Source: Corynebacterium halotolerans
GTDB lineage: Bacteria; Actinomycetota; Actinomycetes; Mycobacteriales; Mycobacteriaceae
Assembly (NCBI RefSeq): GCF_050107895.1
Contig: NZ_JBNILW010000005.1
Location: 1 to 40,000, forward strand
Length of the DNA: 40,000 nucleotides
Direction of reading: 5' to 3'
Shown here: positions 1 through 7,495 of the stretch, in pieces
How the letters are laid out: each line of letters starts with the position of its first letter
Numbering within the stretch: position 1 is the first letter of the stretch
Notes under the pieces: model-generated
What the model was told of the DNA's origin: nothing
The model's database searches: none
Seen by the model: only the letters and a program-made list of their open reading frames with translations
Translations under genes and position numbers: made by a program

Positions 1-75
1 GGTCAGGGAGGCGAAAACCTCGGTGATGAAGTCCGCGAGGTCATCATGAGTGGCGGTGGTATTGTTCCTGCTCAT
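1..75 (-). CDS. 5' end of an unidentified CDS running off the left edge (MSRNNTTATHDDLADFITEVFASLT...)
   Basis: ATG at 75 on the minus strand, open to the window edge. Only 25 codons are visible, with no clear SD and no recognisable domain. Confidence 0.2.
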   Translation of the reverse strand, partial: MSRNNTTATHDDLADFITEVFASLT

Positions 76-126
76 GATATGAATTTACGCCTCAGCTCAC
101 CTGCCCACAAGAGCTAACAAAGCACT

Positions 127-1144
127 ATTAGGTTGTGTTACGAAAGTCGTTTCAGCCAGTACCGGATAGTTGCTAGCTGAACAGTCGCTGCGAAGTGCAC
201 CGCTAACTTGTCGAAGCGCGTGGCGCATCCGCGGTGCTGTTTGATCCGGTTGATGCCCCGCTCTACGGCATTACGACGCTGGTAGGCTGCGGTATCGAAG
301 GCAGGGGGTCGGCCACCGGCTGATCCCCTGCGACGGCGGTGGGCGATCTGGTCCTTCGGCTGGGAGATCGTCGTGTGGATCCGCCTGGCCCGCAGCCAGG
401 CCCGGTTGGCCCGCGATGAGTAGGCCTTGTCTGCCAGCACGCGGTCGGGTCGTCGCCGCGGGCGGCCACGGTTGCCGGTAGGGACCCAGATCTTGTCTAA
501 CACCGGCACCATCTGCGGGCCATCTCCTGCCTGACCTGGGGTGATCACAAACGACATCACCCCGCAGTCGGCGTTGATCGCCACATGAATCTTCGTTGAC
601 CACCCGCCCCGCGACCGGCCGAAACCGTGATCGGCAGGCTCCCCTGGATGCCGGGTGGGACTGTCTTTCCGGGCGCCGGCGGCGTGGACATGGCCGCGGC
701 TGGTGGTGGAGTCGACGCTGACTTCCCAGGAGAGTTTTCCGACGTGGCTGGGCATGGGCGAGCAGCCGGGTGTGAATGGTCTCCCACACACCTGTCGCCT
801 GGAGACGAACGAAGAGGTCATAGGCCCGCCACCAGGGGCCATAGTGCTCATGGACATCCCGCCACGGGCAACCGGTACAGATCCTAAAGAAGATGCCGTC
901 GACCAGGGACCTTAAGTTCCAGGTGCGTGGTCGTCCCCTCCGTGATGGGGTGGGAAGCAATGGGGGGCGAGGAGATTCCATTCGGCGTCGGTGAGGTCCT
1001 GCCGTGCCGAGGGCGGTAGGGTTGGCAACGAGGGTTTCCTTGTGTGCGTTGATGATTAGACACCAACACCGTGCGCGGGGAAACCCTCGTTGCTGTTTAT
1101 GCCACGCCGGTCTCACTCACCGGATTTTCGTAACACGGCCTAAT
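127..1144 (-). mobile_element. IS5-family (IS427-like) insertion sequence, ~1 kb, decayed
   Basis: Terminal inverted repeats attaggttgtgttacgaaagt (127-147) and attttcgtaacacggcctaat (1124-1144), 18/21 complementary. They enclose a DDE transposase reading frame. Confidence 0.8.
138..1028 (-). pseudogene. IS5/IS427-type DDE transposase split over three frame segments
   Basis: Family motifs are spread over frames. The N-terminus DLTDAEWNLLAPHCFPPHHGG and the C-terminus GKLSWEVSVDST...HAAGARK...GRSRGGWSTKIHVAINADCGVMSFVITPGQAGDGPQMVPVLD...DKAYSS...NAVERGINRIKQHRGCATRFDKL share one frame. The middle segment GRPRTWNLRSLVDGIFFRICTGCPWRDV...GVWETIHTRLLAHAQ is in another. Shifts lie at a G-run near 930-940 and near 745-760. 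No ATG start; the only candidate is TTG at 1028. Confidence 0.75.
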
Positions 1145-1145
1145 C

Positions 1146-1547
1146 GAGAAGTCCCCGAAATCGCATGCTTCTCGCACAGTACTTTTCCCGGCCTTCCTCA
1201 GAGACGATCTTGAACACTCAATGAGGCACAAGGATCCTACCGACCTGGTGTTCACTACCGTTGAGGGGTATCCCATACGCAACGAGAACTTCCGAAGAAG
1301 AGTCTTCCTTGGTGCAGTAAAGGAAGCCGGCGAAATCCTCGGTACTCCGCTCCCGCCAGTCACCGTCCATGACCTGAGGCACACTGCGGCGTCCCTTGCC
1401 ATCTCCTCTGGGGCAAATATCAAAGTGATCCAGAGGATGCTTGGTCATGCTTCCGCCGACATGACGCTGGATGTGTACGGCCATCTCTACGAGTCAGATC
1501 TTGATTCGGTAGCCCAGAGGATGAATCAGCGGTTTAAGAGCGCATAG
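1146..1547 (+). pseudogene. C-terminal fragment of a tyrosine recombinase (phage integrase), truncated at the IS boundary
   Basis: The frame is open from the IS right end. It carries catalytic-domain motifs HDLRHTAASLAISSGANIKVIQRMLGHASADMTLDVYGHL (R, H-x-x-R, H, Y) and aligns with the C-terminal third of the intact integrase at 9799-10905. The N-terminal two thirds are absent. Confidence 0.85.
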
Positions 1548-1573
1548 TGTACCCAGAGTGTACTCACCAAAAA

Positions 1574-1611
1574 GTCAGCCCCACCTTCCGATAGCGGAAT
1601 GTGGGGCTGAC
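1574..1611. terminator. Strong hairpin with A5 upstream and a T-rich tract downstream
   Basis: Perfect 11-bp stem gtcagccccac / gtggggctgac with a 16-nt loop. On the minus strand it is followed by TTTTT. It sits just downstream of the displaced tRNA-Thr 3' fragment, so it is probably the original tRNA terminator. It could also terminate the integrase remnant on the plus strand. Confidence 0.5.
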
Positions 1612-1624
1612 CTGCTTCTTCATT

Positions 1625-1668
1625 GGAGCCGCCTGCGAGAATCGAACTCGCGACCTTCTCATTACGAG
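1625..1668. repeat. att site, distal copy: displaced 3' part of tRNA-Thr
   Basis: ggagccgcctgcgagaatcgaactcgcgaccttctcattacgag is identical to 11015-11058. Similarity resumes for 5 bp (agacg) after a 2-bp mismatch. Confidence 0.9.
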
Positions 1669-1944
1669 AAAGACGAATGAGGGCTACGCCGGGGCGAGTA
1701 GGTCATCTGCCAGCGGTTTAACTGTTTTCGAGGTTGGCTGAATATCGGCGGATTAGCGCGGGTGGTAGTCAAAAAGTAGTCACCCCCACGCGGGCGCGGG
1801 CGCGAGAGATGTCCAGAAAGTAACGGCGTTACAAAATGGACATCTCCCCCCGCGTGCGCGGGCGCGAGAGCACCCCGAAACCCTGAGCACCCCCGCGAAA
1901 AAATCGAGGATGAGACTTCACCGCCCCACCCCTCGAGCGCGAAA

Positions 1945-2409
1945 CTACGACGAATCATCGTCCTTGAACATGTTCACGTAATCCGCGACCATCGAATCCA
2001 CCTCAGCCTGCTCCGGGTCCACCACCTGACCATCACGCTTCAGCTCCACCCGCGCCTTACGCCGAGCCGTCTCAGTCGTGAGCAGATCACCCATCGCATT
2101 CCACACCGTCTCAAAATGCGCCGCCCGAATCGGCTGACCAGACTCCTCAGCGTCCTTCAGTAGCCGGCTCATCTGTTCGGCCACCAACTGCGCAGCAGCC
2201 CAGTCACTCGGCTCATAAGCCCCCACCTGACCAGACTGATTCAGCGACTTGTACCAATCCTTCGCCACCCTGTGCCAGTGACGCCGGGCCGGTGGCACCT
2301 TCACCACCCCGCGAGTCGGCAGGTGAATGACCTCCCCGCCCTGGTCGAGCGGCCGATCACGCTCACGATGGTCCACCTTCTGATGAATCGGCTTCCTACG
2401 AGCAGGCAT
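1945..2409 (-). CDS. Terminase small subunit (actinophage type)
   Basis: 154 aa with SD aggaggg upstream. The pattern RRHWHRVAKDWYKSLNQS...YEPSDWAAAQLVAE...TETARRKARVEL resembles actinomycete-phage TerS proteins. It lies next to the HNH and capsid genes. Motif-level call only. Confidence 0.55.
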   Translation of the reverse strand: MPARRKPIHQKVDHRERDRPLDQGGEVIHLPTRGVVKVPPARRHWHRVAKDWYKSLNQSGQVGAYEPSDWAAAQLVAEQMSRLLKDAEESGQPIRAAHFETVWNAMGDLLTTETARRKARVELKRDGQVVDPEQAEVDSMVADYVNMFKDDDSS

Positions 2410-2592
2410 TTAGCCCTCCTAAAATGTGTGGAACTTCACTGAAAATATGGCGATAAACCCAGCCTATAGACGGTTTCACACTGCCACCCCGCGACATATT
2501 GATTTACCGACTTTCCGCCGCACATTGTTTGACGAGTTGGGCAAAAGGTAGATCGAGGGACATAGCCCACCCCTATTGCACTGTTTTGCACT

Positions 2593-2895
2593 TCATATCA
2601 GCCCCGGGTGCTTCTGTACGGGCAGTTTGCGGCGTGCTGCGCGGCGCTTGTTGCCCCTCAGCTTCTCTTGCTCTGACTTCTCCTCGTGGTGCGGCGGGCA
2701 CAGCCATTGGACGTTGTGCAGGGTGTGTTCACCGCCCTCGGCGACGGGGATGATGTGGTCGAGCTCCAGGGCGCGGGGGTCGCCGCATACTGCGCAGTAT
2801 TTCGGTAGGCGCTTCTCGGCCTGTGCTTTGGTCTTGAACCACTCCGGTGGGCGCTTGCGTGGGCCTTGGGAAGACCAGGGCTTACGGTCGCTCAT
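2593..2895 (-). CDS. HNH endonuclease
   Basis: CAVCG...LELDHIIPVAEGGEHTLHNVQWLCPPHH is an HNH/zinc-finger core. ATG at 2895 is preceded by aggag; the track's start at 2937 has no SD. Confidence 0.85.
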   Translation of the reverse strand: MSDRKPWSSQGPRKRPPEWFKTKAQAEKRLPKYCAVCGDPRALELDHIIPVAEGGEHTLHNVQWLCPPHHEEKSEQEKLRGNKRRAARRKLPVQKHPGLI

Positions 2896-2982
2896 GCTGC
2901 TCCTATCTATGCCGAGACCCTGCGAACACTCACGCATTCACAGGGTCTTCGGGTCATGTCATGTCCAGGTTGAGGAGGGAAC

Positions 2983-3873
2983 CTAGGCTGCGGCGTCGAT
3001 GGTGATCTTGGTGACGGCTGCGGGCTCGATGCAGCCCATGCCGACGCGGGTGCTGGCGAGCAGGCCGGCGGTCATGCGCTCGAAGCCGGCGGTTCGGTCC
3101 AGGGTGAGGGTGGCGTTCTGCCGCATGGACACGACCAGGCGGTCGGCCGGGAGAGCCCAGATGATGTTGTCGGGGACTCGGCGGGTGGACAGTAGCGGCA
3201 CACCGGAGATGGTGTTGGAGCCCGGCGCGTCGTTGACGCCGAGGAGGTTCTCCTCACTGCCGGTTGCCTTCTTGAGCTTGGCGATGGCGGTCTTGGTGGC
3301 CGGCGACATGACGAAGCTGGTGACCTTGGTGTCGTGGTTCTCGGCGTGCTCGAGGGCGTCGAGGAAGGTGTCGGTGTTCGCCAGTCCGGTGGCGGTCATC
3401 TCATTGATTCCCTTGAGCTTGCCGACACCGTGGATGGGGTGCTTGCCGGCCGGGGAGAAGAATGCATCGTCAATGGTGCGGATGAGCTTGTTGACCAGTC
3501 CCTGACCGTAGATGTTGGTCACGTCGTGGGCCACGTCGTCCATGTGCTCCCACGGGACTTCACCGCGGGCTGCGAGCTTGTGGTGATCGAGGAGGAGGAA
3601 GCCGGCGTCCGGGGCGGCGTTGAGGGGGACTTCACCACCGGCGGGAACCCAGCCGGGTTCGCCGTCGCCGTCGTTGAGGATGAGTGGGATTTCCACTCGT
3701 GCGCCTGCGGTGGGGCGGAGGACGGTGCTGACCTGCATGGCGACGGACTGCTCGATGACGGGCTTGACGATCAGTTCGTTGACGGTGGTGGCGTCGAAGA
3801 ACTTGGAGCCCTTCGGGGTGCCGTCGTCGCTGCCACCGCCGAGTAGCTGTGCCTGGAAAATTTCGGAACTCAT
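2983..3873 (-). CDS. Major capsid protein, HK97-fold family
   Basis: 296 aa, with the size and sequence character of Phage_capsid (HK97-like) proteins lacking a delta domain. SD gaaagg. It follows a scaffold-like gene. Confidence 0.7.
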   Translation of the reverse strand: MSSEIFQAQLLGGGSDDGTPKGSKFFDATTVNELIVKPVIEQSVAMQVSTVLRPTAGARVEIPLILNDGDGEPGWVPAGGEVPLNAAPDAGFLLLDHHKLAARGEVPWEHMDDVAHDVTNIYGQGLVNKLIRTIDDAFFSPAGKHPIHGVGKLKGINEMTATGLANTDTFLDALEHAENHDTKVTSFVMSPATKTAIAKLKKATGSEENLLGVNDAPGSNTISGVPLLSTRRVPDNIIWALPADRLVVSMRQNATLTLDRTAGFERMTAGLLASTRVGMGCIEPAAVTKITIDAAA

Positions 3874-3888
3874 ATCTTTGCCTTTCTG

Positions 3889-4380
3889 CTAGTTGCTGTT
3901 GAGGAGGTCGCGGGACCAGCCGGTGGCGCCGCCGTTGTCGCGGGGCCGGCCGGTGCCGGGGGTCATGCTCTCCACCGGGCGTTGGGAAGCGACGGGGGCG
4001 GGCTGGGTTGCCTGCGCGAACTGTGCGAGCTTCTCGATGGTCGGGCCTACCTGCTCCGGAGTGGCACCGTCGAGGAGACCGCGGACAATCTCGTCGGCAG
4101 TGTCCGGTAGGCCGGACTGCTCGAACGCTTCCCGGTAGGCACCCTCCCAGGCGTGGACGGCGTTGAGGGCGCGGGACTCTGCGAGCTGTTGCTTAAGCTC
4201 GGCGACCTCCGGGGAGTCCTGCTCGTCGTCCTGGCCCTGTCCGGGTGTCTCATTAGGGTCCGGTGTCTCACCTGCCGACTGTTCCGGGGAGCCCGGCGCG
4301 GCCGGGGTGATGCCCTGGCCCTGCTCGGTGTCCTGGCCCTCGGCCTGCCACTCGGCGGCGTCGGTGTTCTGCTCGGCCAC
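3889..4380 (-). CDS. Putative capsid scaffolding protein
   Basis: 163 aa with an acidic, low-complexity N-terminal half and a helical middle region, immediately upstream of the MCP gene. GTG start with SD gggaggga. Called from position and composition only. Confidence 0.4.
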   Translation of the reverse strand: MAEQNTDAAEWQAEGQDTEQGQGITPAAPGSPEQSAGETPDPNETPGQGQDDEQDSPEVAELKQQLAESRALNAVHAWEGAYREAFEQSGLPDTADEIVRGLLDGATPEQVGPTIEKLAQFAQATQPAPVASQRPVESMTPGTGRPRDNGGATGWSRDLLNSN

Positions 4381-4382
4381 GG

Positions 4383-4700
4383 TTACTTCCCTCCCATGAC
4401 GTTCGCCGGGTGGACGTGCTCAATGCCGGTGAAGCCGGGCAGGGAGCTGGCGGGAACGACTTCGCCCTGTTGGTCCATCACCGCGGCGACTGCCTTGATC
4501 CGGCCGCTGCCGATTGCGAGACCGTCTTCCGCGGCCCACTCGGCCGGGTAGTCGGTGGGGCGCTGGACGTGCTCGACCATGAGCAGTGCGGTGACCGGGA
4601 TGGCGTCGCCGTTGCTGTAGTAGGCGACGCTGCCGGGGGTGGCTGCGGTCGCGCCGAGGACGGACCAGAAACCGTCGTGGTCTTCAAGATCGTGGGTCAC
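4383..4700 (-). CDS. Hypothetical protein (105 aa) of the satellite
   Basis: GTG at 4700 overlaps the upstream stop (GTGA) and has SD gaaagg. High third-position GC. No recognisable domain. Confidence 0.5.
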   Translation of the reverse strand: MTHDLEDHDGFWSVLGATAATPGSVAYYSNGDAIPVTALLMVEHVQRPTDYPAEWAAEDGLAIGSGRIKAVAAVMDQQGEVVPASSLPGFTGIEHVHPANVMGGK

Positions 4701-5062
4701 GTTGTTGCCTTTCTGTCTCGGAGGTCGGCGGGGAATAGCCACCGGCCGTTGTGCTTCCATCCGCCGTAGTCTGCTGCGTGGCGCTGGATGGTGCGGACGC
4801 TGACCCCGCGCTGTTGTGCGAGCTCCTCGGCCGTCATGGGTGAGTCTGCCGGGGAGCCCGGCGCGGCCTGTCGTTGTTGTCGTTGTGCCAGGGCGCGGGT
4901 GTCGTTGCTGGCGGTGGTCAGTTCGGTCAGTAGTTCGCGCTCATGAGTCCGCAGGGGAATGCCGACGCTGTTGTGGCGGCGGGCGCCGGCGGCGGCCAGG
5001 CGGTGCGCGGCGATCAGCGTGGCGCCGTGGAGGACGACCACCGGGACGGTGTAGACGATCAC
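4697..5062 (-). CDS. HTH DNA-binding protein with a hydrophobic N-terminus
   Basis: C-terminal MTAEELAQQRGVSVRTIQRHAADYGG looks like a helix-turn-helix. Overlaps both neighbouring genes. Confidence 0.5.
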   Translation of the reverse strand: MIVYTVPVVVLHGATLIAAHRLAAAGARRHNSVGIPLRTHERELLTELTTASNDTRALAQRQQRQAAPGSPADSPMTAEELAQQRGVSVRTIQRHAADYGGWKHNGRWLFPADLRDRKATT

Positions 5063-5256
5063 GCGGCGTCCCCCTCAAGTTTGTCCGCGACCTGATTGAT
5101 GAGCTCAATGGCGGCTGGTGTGCGGAGTTCAACGACGGTGCCGTTGCTGAGCGTGATCTTGATCTTGGGGCGGTTGCCGTCGCGGTAGCGGGAGACCTGG
5201 GCGGTGACGTCCTCCCACCGCTTCCGGTGCTTAACTGCTCTCGCTTTGATGATCAT
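5059..5256 (-). CDS. Hypothetical small protein (65 aa)
   Basis: ATG with SD gaaagg, and a stop overlapping the next start. No domain recognised. Confidence 0.45.
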   Translation of the reverse strand: MIIKARAVKHRKRWEDVTAQVSRYRDGNRPKIKITLSNGTVVELRTPAAIELINQVADKLEGDAA

Positions 5257-5332
5257 GCTGTTGCCTTTCGTGGTTAGCGGTTACCGGCCAGGTCGCCGAG
5301 GCGGACGTGGGTGAAGGGGTATCTCTTCGGGC

Positions 5333-7495
5333 TCATGCTGCGGTGTCCTTTACTGAGTTGAGTGTGTAGCGGCCTTTGTCGTCCCGGATGACGAGCCCGT
5401 CAGTGACGAGCTTGTCGAGGACGGCCGGCACCTGGTCTCGGTAGCGGGGAGTAACGGACTGTTCCACCGTCTTCATCCCCATGGGGTATTCGGCGTGGAG
5501 GGAACCGATGACCATGTCCTCGAGCTCGGTGTCACCGGAGAGCTTCGGCTGCCGGAAAGTAACTTCAGGAGGATATTTCGGGGAAGGTCCCGGCTCCTCC
5601 TTGTGTACGGGACCTTGGGACCTTGCCCCCTCGGGACCTTGATTTACGCCTGTGACCATTGAAGATCCCAAGATCCCGAGATCCCGCATGTGAGGACCTT
5701 TATTGTCTTCCGGGACCTTGGGTACCGGAGTGAACCCCAGATTCTTCGGTGTTGACTCCAGCTCCCACACCCATCCGGATTCAGCCTTGCGGGTAGCGAT
5801 ACCCCACTTGCCGCGATTGTTCTGAACCGTCTTCCATGAGTAGCCGGCTTCAGTAACTTCGCTCTTAATCTTCGCGGCCGGAGCCACCCCACCTTCGCCC
5901 TCGAGCAGGGCCAGGACGAAAGGCTTAACACCGCCGCCAGATTCACCGGCGAAACCCATTGAGGTATCGCGCAGAACCTCTCCCACCGTCCGGTCGGAAT
6001 CTCCCACCATCACGAAAGTTCCGAAGTCTCCGGCCTTCCCCTCGGCGTTGGTGATCTGCCGACTTTCAATCCGGTAGACCCATGCTGCCCCCTCGGTACC
6101 GATGGAGTTTTTCTCCTGACTCATGATCCGGTCGCCCTCTTCACTCTCCGGGTCCTTTGCGAAACCGAAGACAGCACGGGCGACTTCGCCGAACGCGGAT
6201 GATCCGTTGATACCGGCCACCACGTCACCATTGCCGGACTTGTTCAGGTGGGTAATGGCTATGACCACACCGTCAATGTCTTCAGCGAGTTGCGACCAGG
6301 GCTTGAGCTTGGCACGTACTTCATTGTTCTTGTACACGTCGGCATCAGTGCCCATGAACTCCATGAGCGGGTCAACGATGACCAGCTTCACGCCTTTAGA
6401 TTTCAGGCTTGCCGTGAGGTCTCGCATGTCCTTCTCGGGGACCAGGGCGACAACTTCCGTTTCCCCGTCCGGGGCGGTGAAGTTCACCTGAGGGTGAAGG
6501 ATCTTTCCCATGTCGGCCCCGGAAGCGACAAGGCTGGGGATGACGTTGTACTTCAGGGACTCTTCCCCGGCGATGTACGCGACAGAGTGCGGGGTGCCAG
6601 ACCAGCAGCCGGGGAGAATGCCGCGGCTGATCATCGCGGCGAAGTGGCGGCCAGCGGAAGACTTACCAGCACCCGGACGGCCAGCGAACAGGGCTACGGA
6701 GCCTACGGGGATAGCACCGTGGGGATTACCGTTGACTTCCGGCTCCCAGGCCCAAGTAGGCACATCCCAGTCCATGCCGGCGAAGGACTCGAGGGTGATG
6801 AACCGGCCCGGGGTGACCGTGGGGGCGGGGATCATCTCATCGAGTCCTCGGCCGGCGGCCACGTGGTCTGACAGGTCTTTCCCTGCGGCGACGTCCACCA
6901 CTTGAACCGACGCCGGGGACTCGGTAAGGGAGTCGAGGTAGGCCCGTACCTTCTCAGCCCGCTTATGGCCGGGCTGGTCGTTGTCCCGGACGATCACCAC
7001 ATCTCGGCCAGCAAGCACAGTCCAATCAGCCTTAGACGGACTGTTGTTGGATCCGCCGGACTGTGAGACCGCGGCAACCTCACACACGTTGATTGCGGTC
7101 AGAACATCGTTTTCCCCTTCGCAGATGTACACCGGCCCCGGCTGTGCGAGGGAGCCCACACCGAACAAGGACGTGCCCTGCTTGTTGCCGTCCTGGCGAA
7201 ACTTCTTCGCGACGCTACGGAACACGATCCGGCCGTCCGGGTAGTTGTAGGTCGAGCCTTTAGGATCATCGAACAAATCGCGGTGGGTCATGCCCAGGTG
7301 ATCGAGGACGTCTTCAACTTCCCCGTTGTGGCAGAACACCAAAACCCGGTCGCCGTTGTAGGTGACACTGGTGCCCTGGTCCCTCCCCGAATGTCCCGGT
7401 GTTTGGATGCTGGCTTGTTTGCCGGCGGTGGTTTCCCGGACGGTAAGGCCCTGGTCCTGCGCGGCTTGTATGAACCGCTCATAGGAGTTGGTCAT
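5333..7495 (-). CDS. Bifunctional primase/helicase-type replication protein (Toprim + RecA-like AAA_25 ATPase + C-terminal winged-helix-like domain)
   Basis: Toprim motifs VYICEGENDVLT and VIVRDNDQPG. Walker A FAGRPGAGKSS and Walker B KLVIVDPL, plus ITHLNKSG. SD gaaggtga. Confidence 0.8.
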   Translation of the reverse strand: MTNSYERFIQAAQDQGLTVRETTAGKQASIQTPGHSGRDQGTSVTYNGDRVLVFCHNGEVEDVLDHLGMTHRDLFDDPKGSTYNYPDGRIVFRSVAKKFRQDGNKQGTSLFGVGSLAQPGPVYICEGENDVLTAINVCEVAAVSQSGGSNNSPSKADWTVLAGRDVVIVRDNDQPGHKRAEKVRAYLDSLTESPASVQVVDVAAGKDLSDHVAAGRGLDEMIPAPTVTPGRFITLESFAGMDWDVPTWAWEPEVNGNPHGAIPVGSVALFAGRPGAGKSSAGRHFAAMISRGILPGCWSGTPHSVAYIAGEESLKYNVIPSLVASGADMGKILHPQVNFTAPDGETEVVALVPEKDMRDLTASLKSKGVKLVIVDPLMEFMGTDADVYKNNEVRAKLKPWSQLAEDIDGVVIAITHLNKSGNGDVVAGINGSSAFGEVARAVFGFAKDPESEEGDRIMSQEKNSIGTEGAAWVYRIESRQITNAEGKAGDFGTFVMVGDSDRTVGEVLRDTSMGFAGESGGGVKPFVLALLEGEGGVAPAAKIKSEVTEAGYSWKTVQNNRGKWGIATRKAESGWVWELESTPKNLGFTPVPKVPEDNKGPHMRDLGILGSSMVTGVNQGPEGARSQGPVHKEEPGPSPKYPPEVTFRQPKLSGDTELEDMVIGSLHAEYPMGMKTVEQSVTPRYRDQVPAVLDKLVTDGLVIRDDKGRYTLNSVKDTAA
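5584..5726. repeat. Iteron cluster (candidate origin of replication) inside the primase/helicase gene
   Basis: gggaccttg is exact at 5609, 5617, 5633 and 5712. There is an inverted copy aaggtccc at 5584-5591 and degenerate copies at 5694 and 5720. Three tandem agatccc units start at 5663, 5671 and 5679. Confidence 0.55.

Noticed and set aside
271-1116. 281-aa ORF as an intact transposase/OrfA
   Set aside because: Only its central part (GRPRTWNL…LLAHAQ) matches the transposase family. The rest is out-of-frame read-through of the N- and C-terminal coding segments, so it is annotated as a frameshifted pseudogene.
1794-1870. Possible CRISPR-like repeat (15-bp direct repeats 62 bp apart)
   Set aside because: There are only two copies, the repeats are too short, and no cas genes are present. 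It fits a protein-binding or structural element of the island better.
1662-1958. 98-aa minus-strand ORF spanning the att repeat and the terminal non-coding region
   Set aside because: It runs through the tRNA-derived att core and the palindromic repeat region. It has an implausible composition and no SD.
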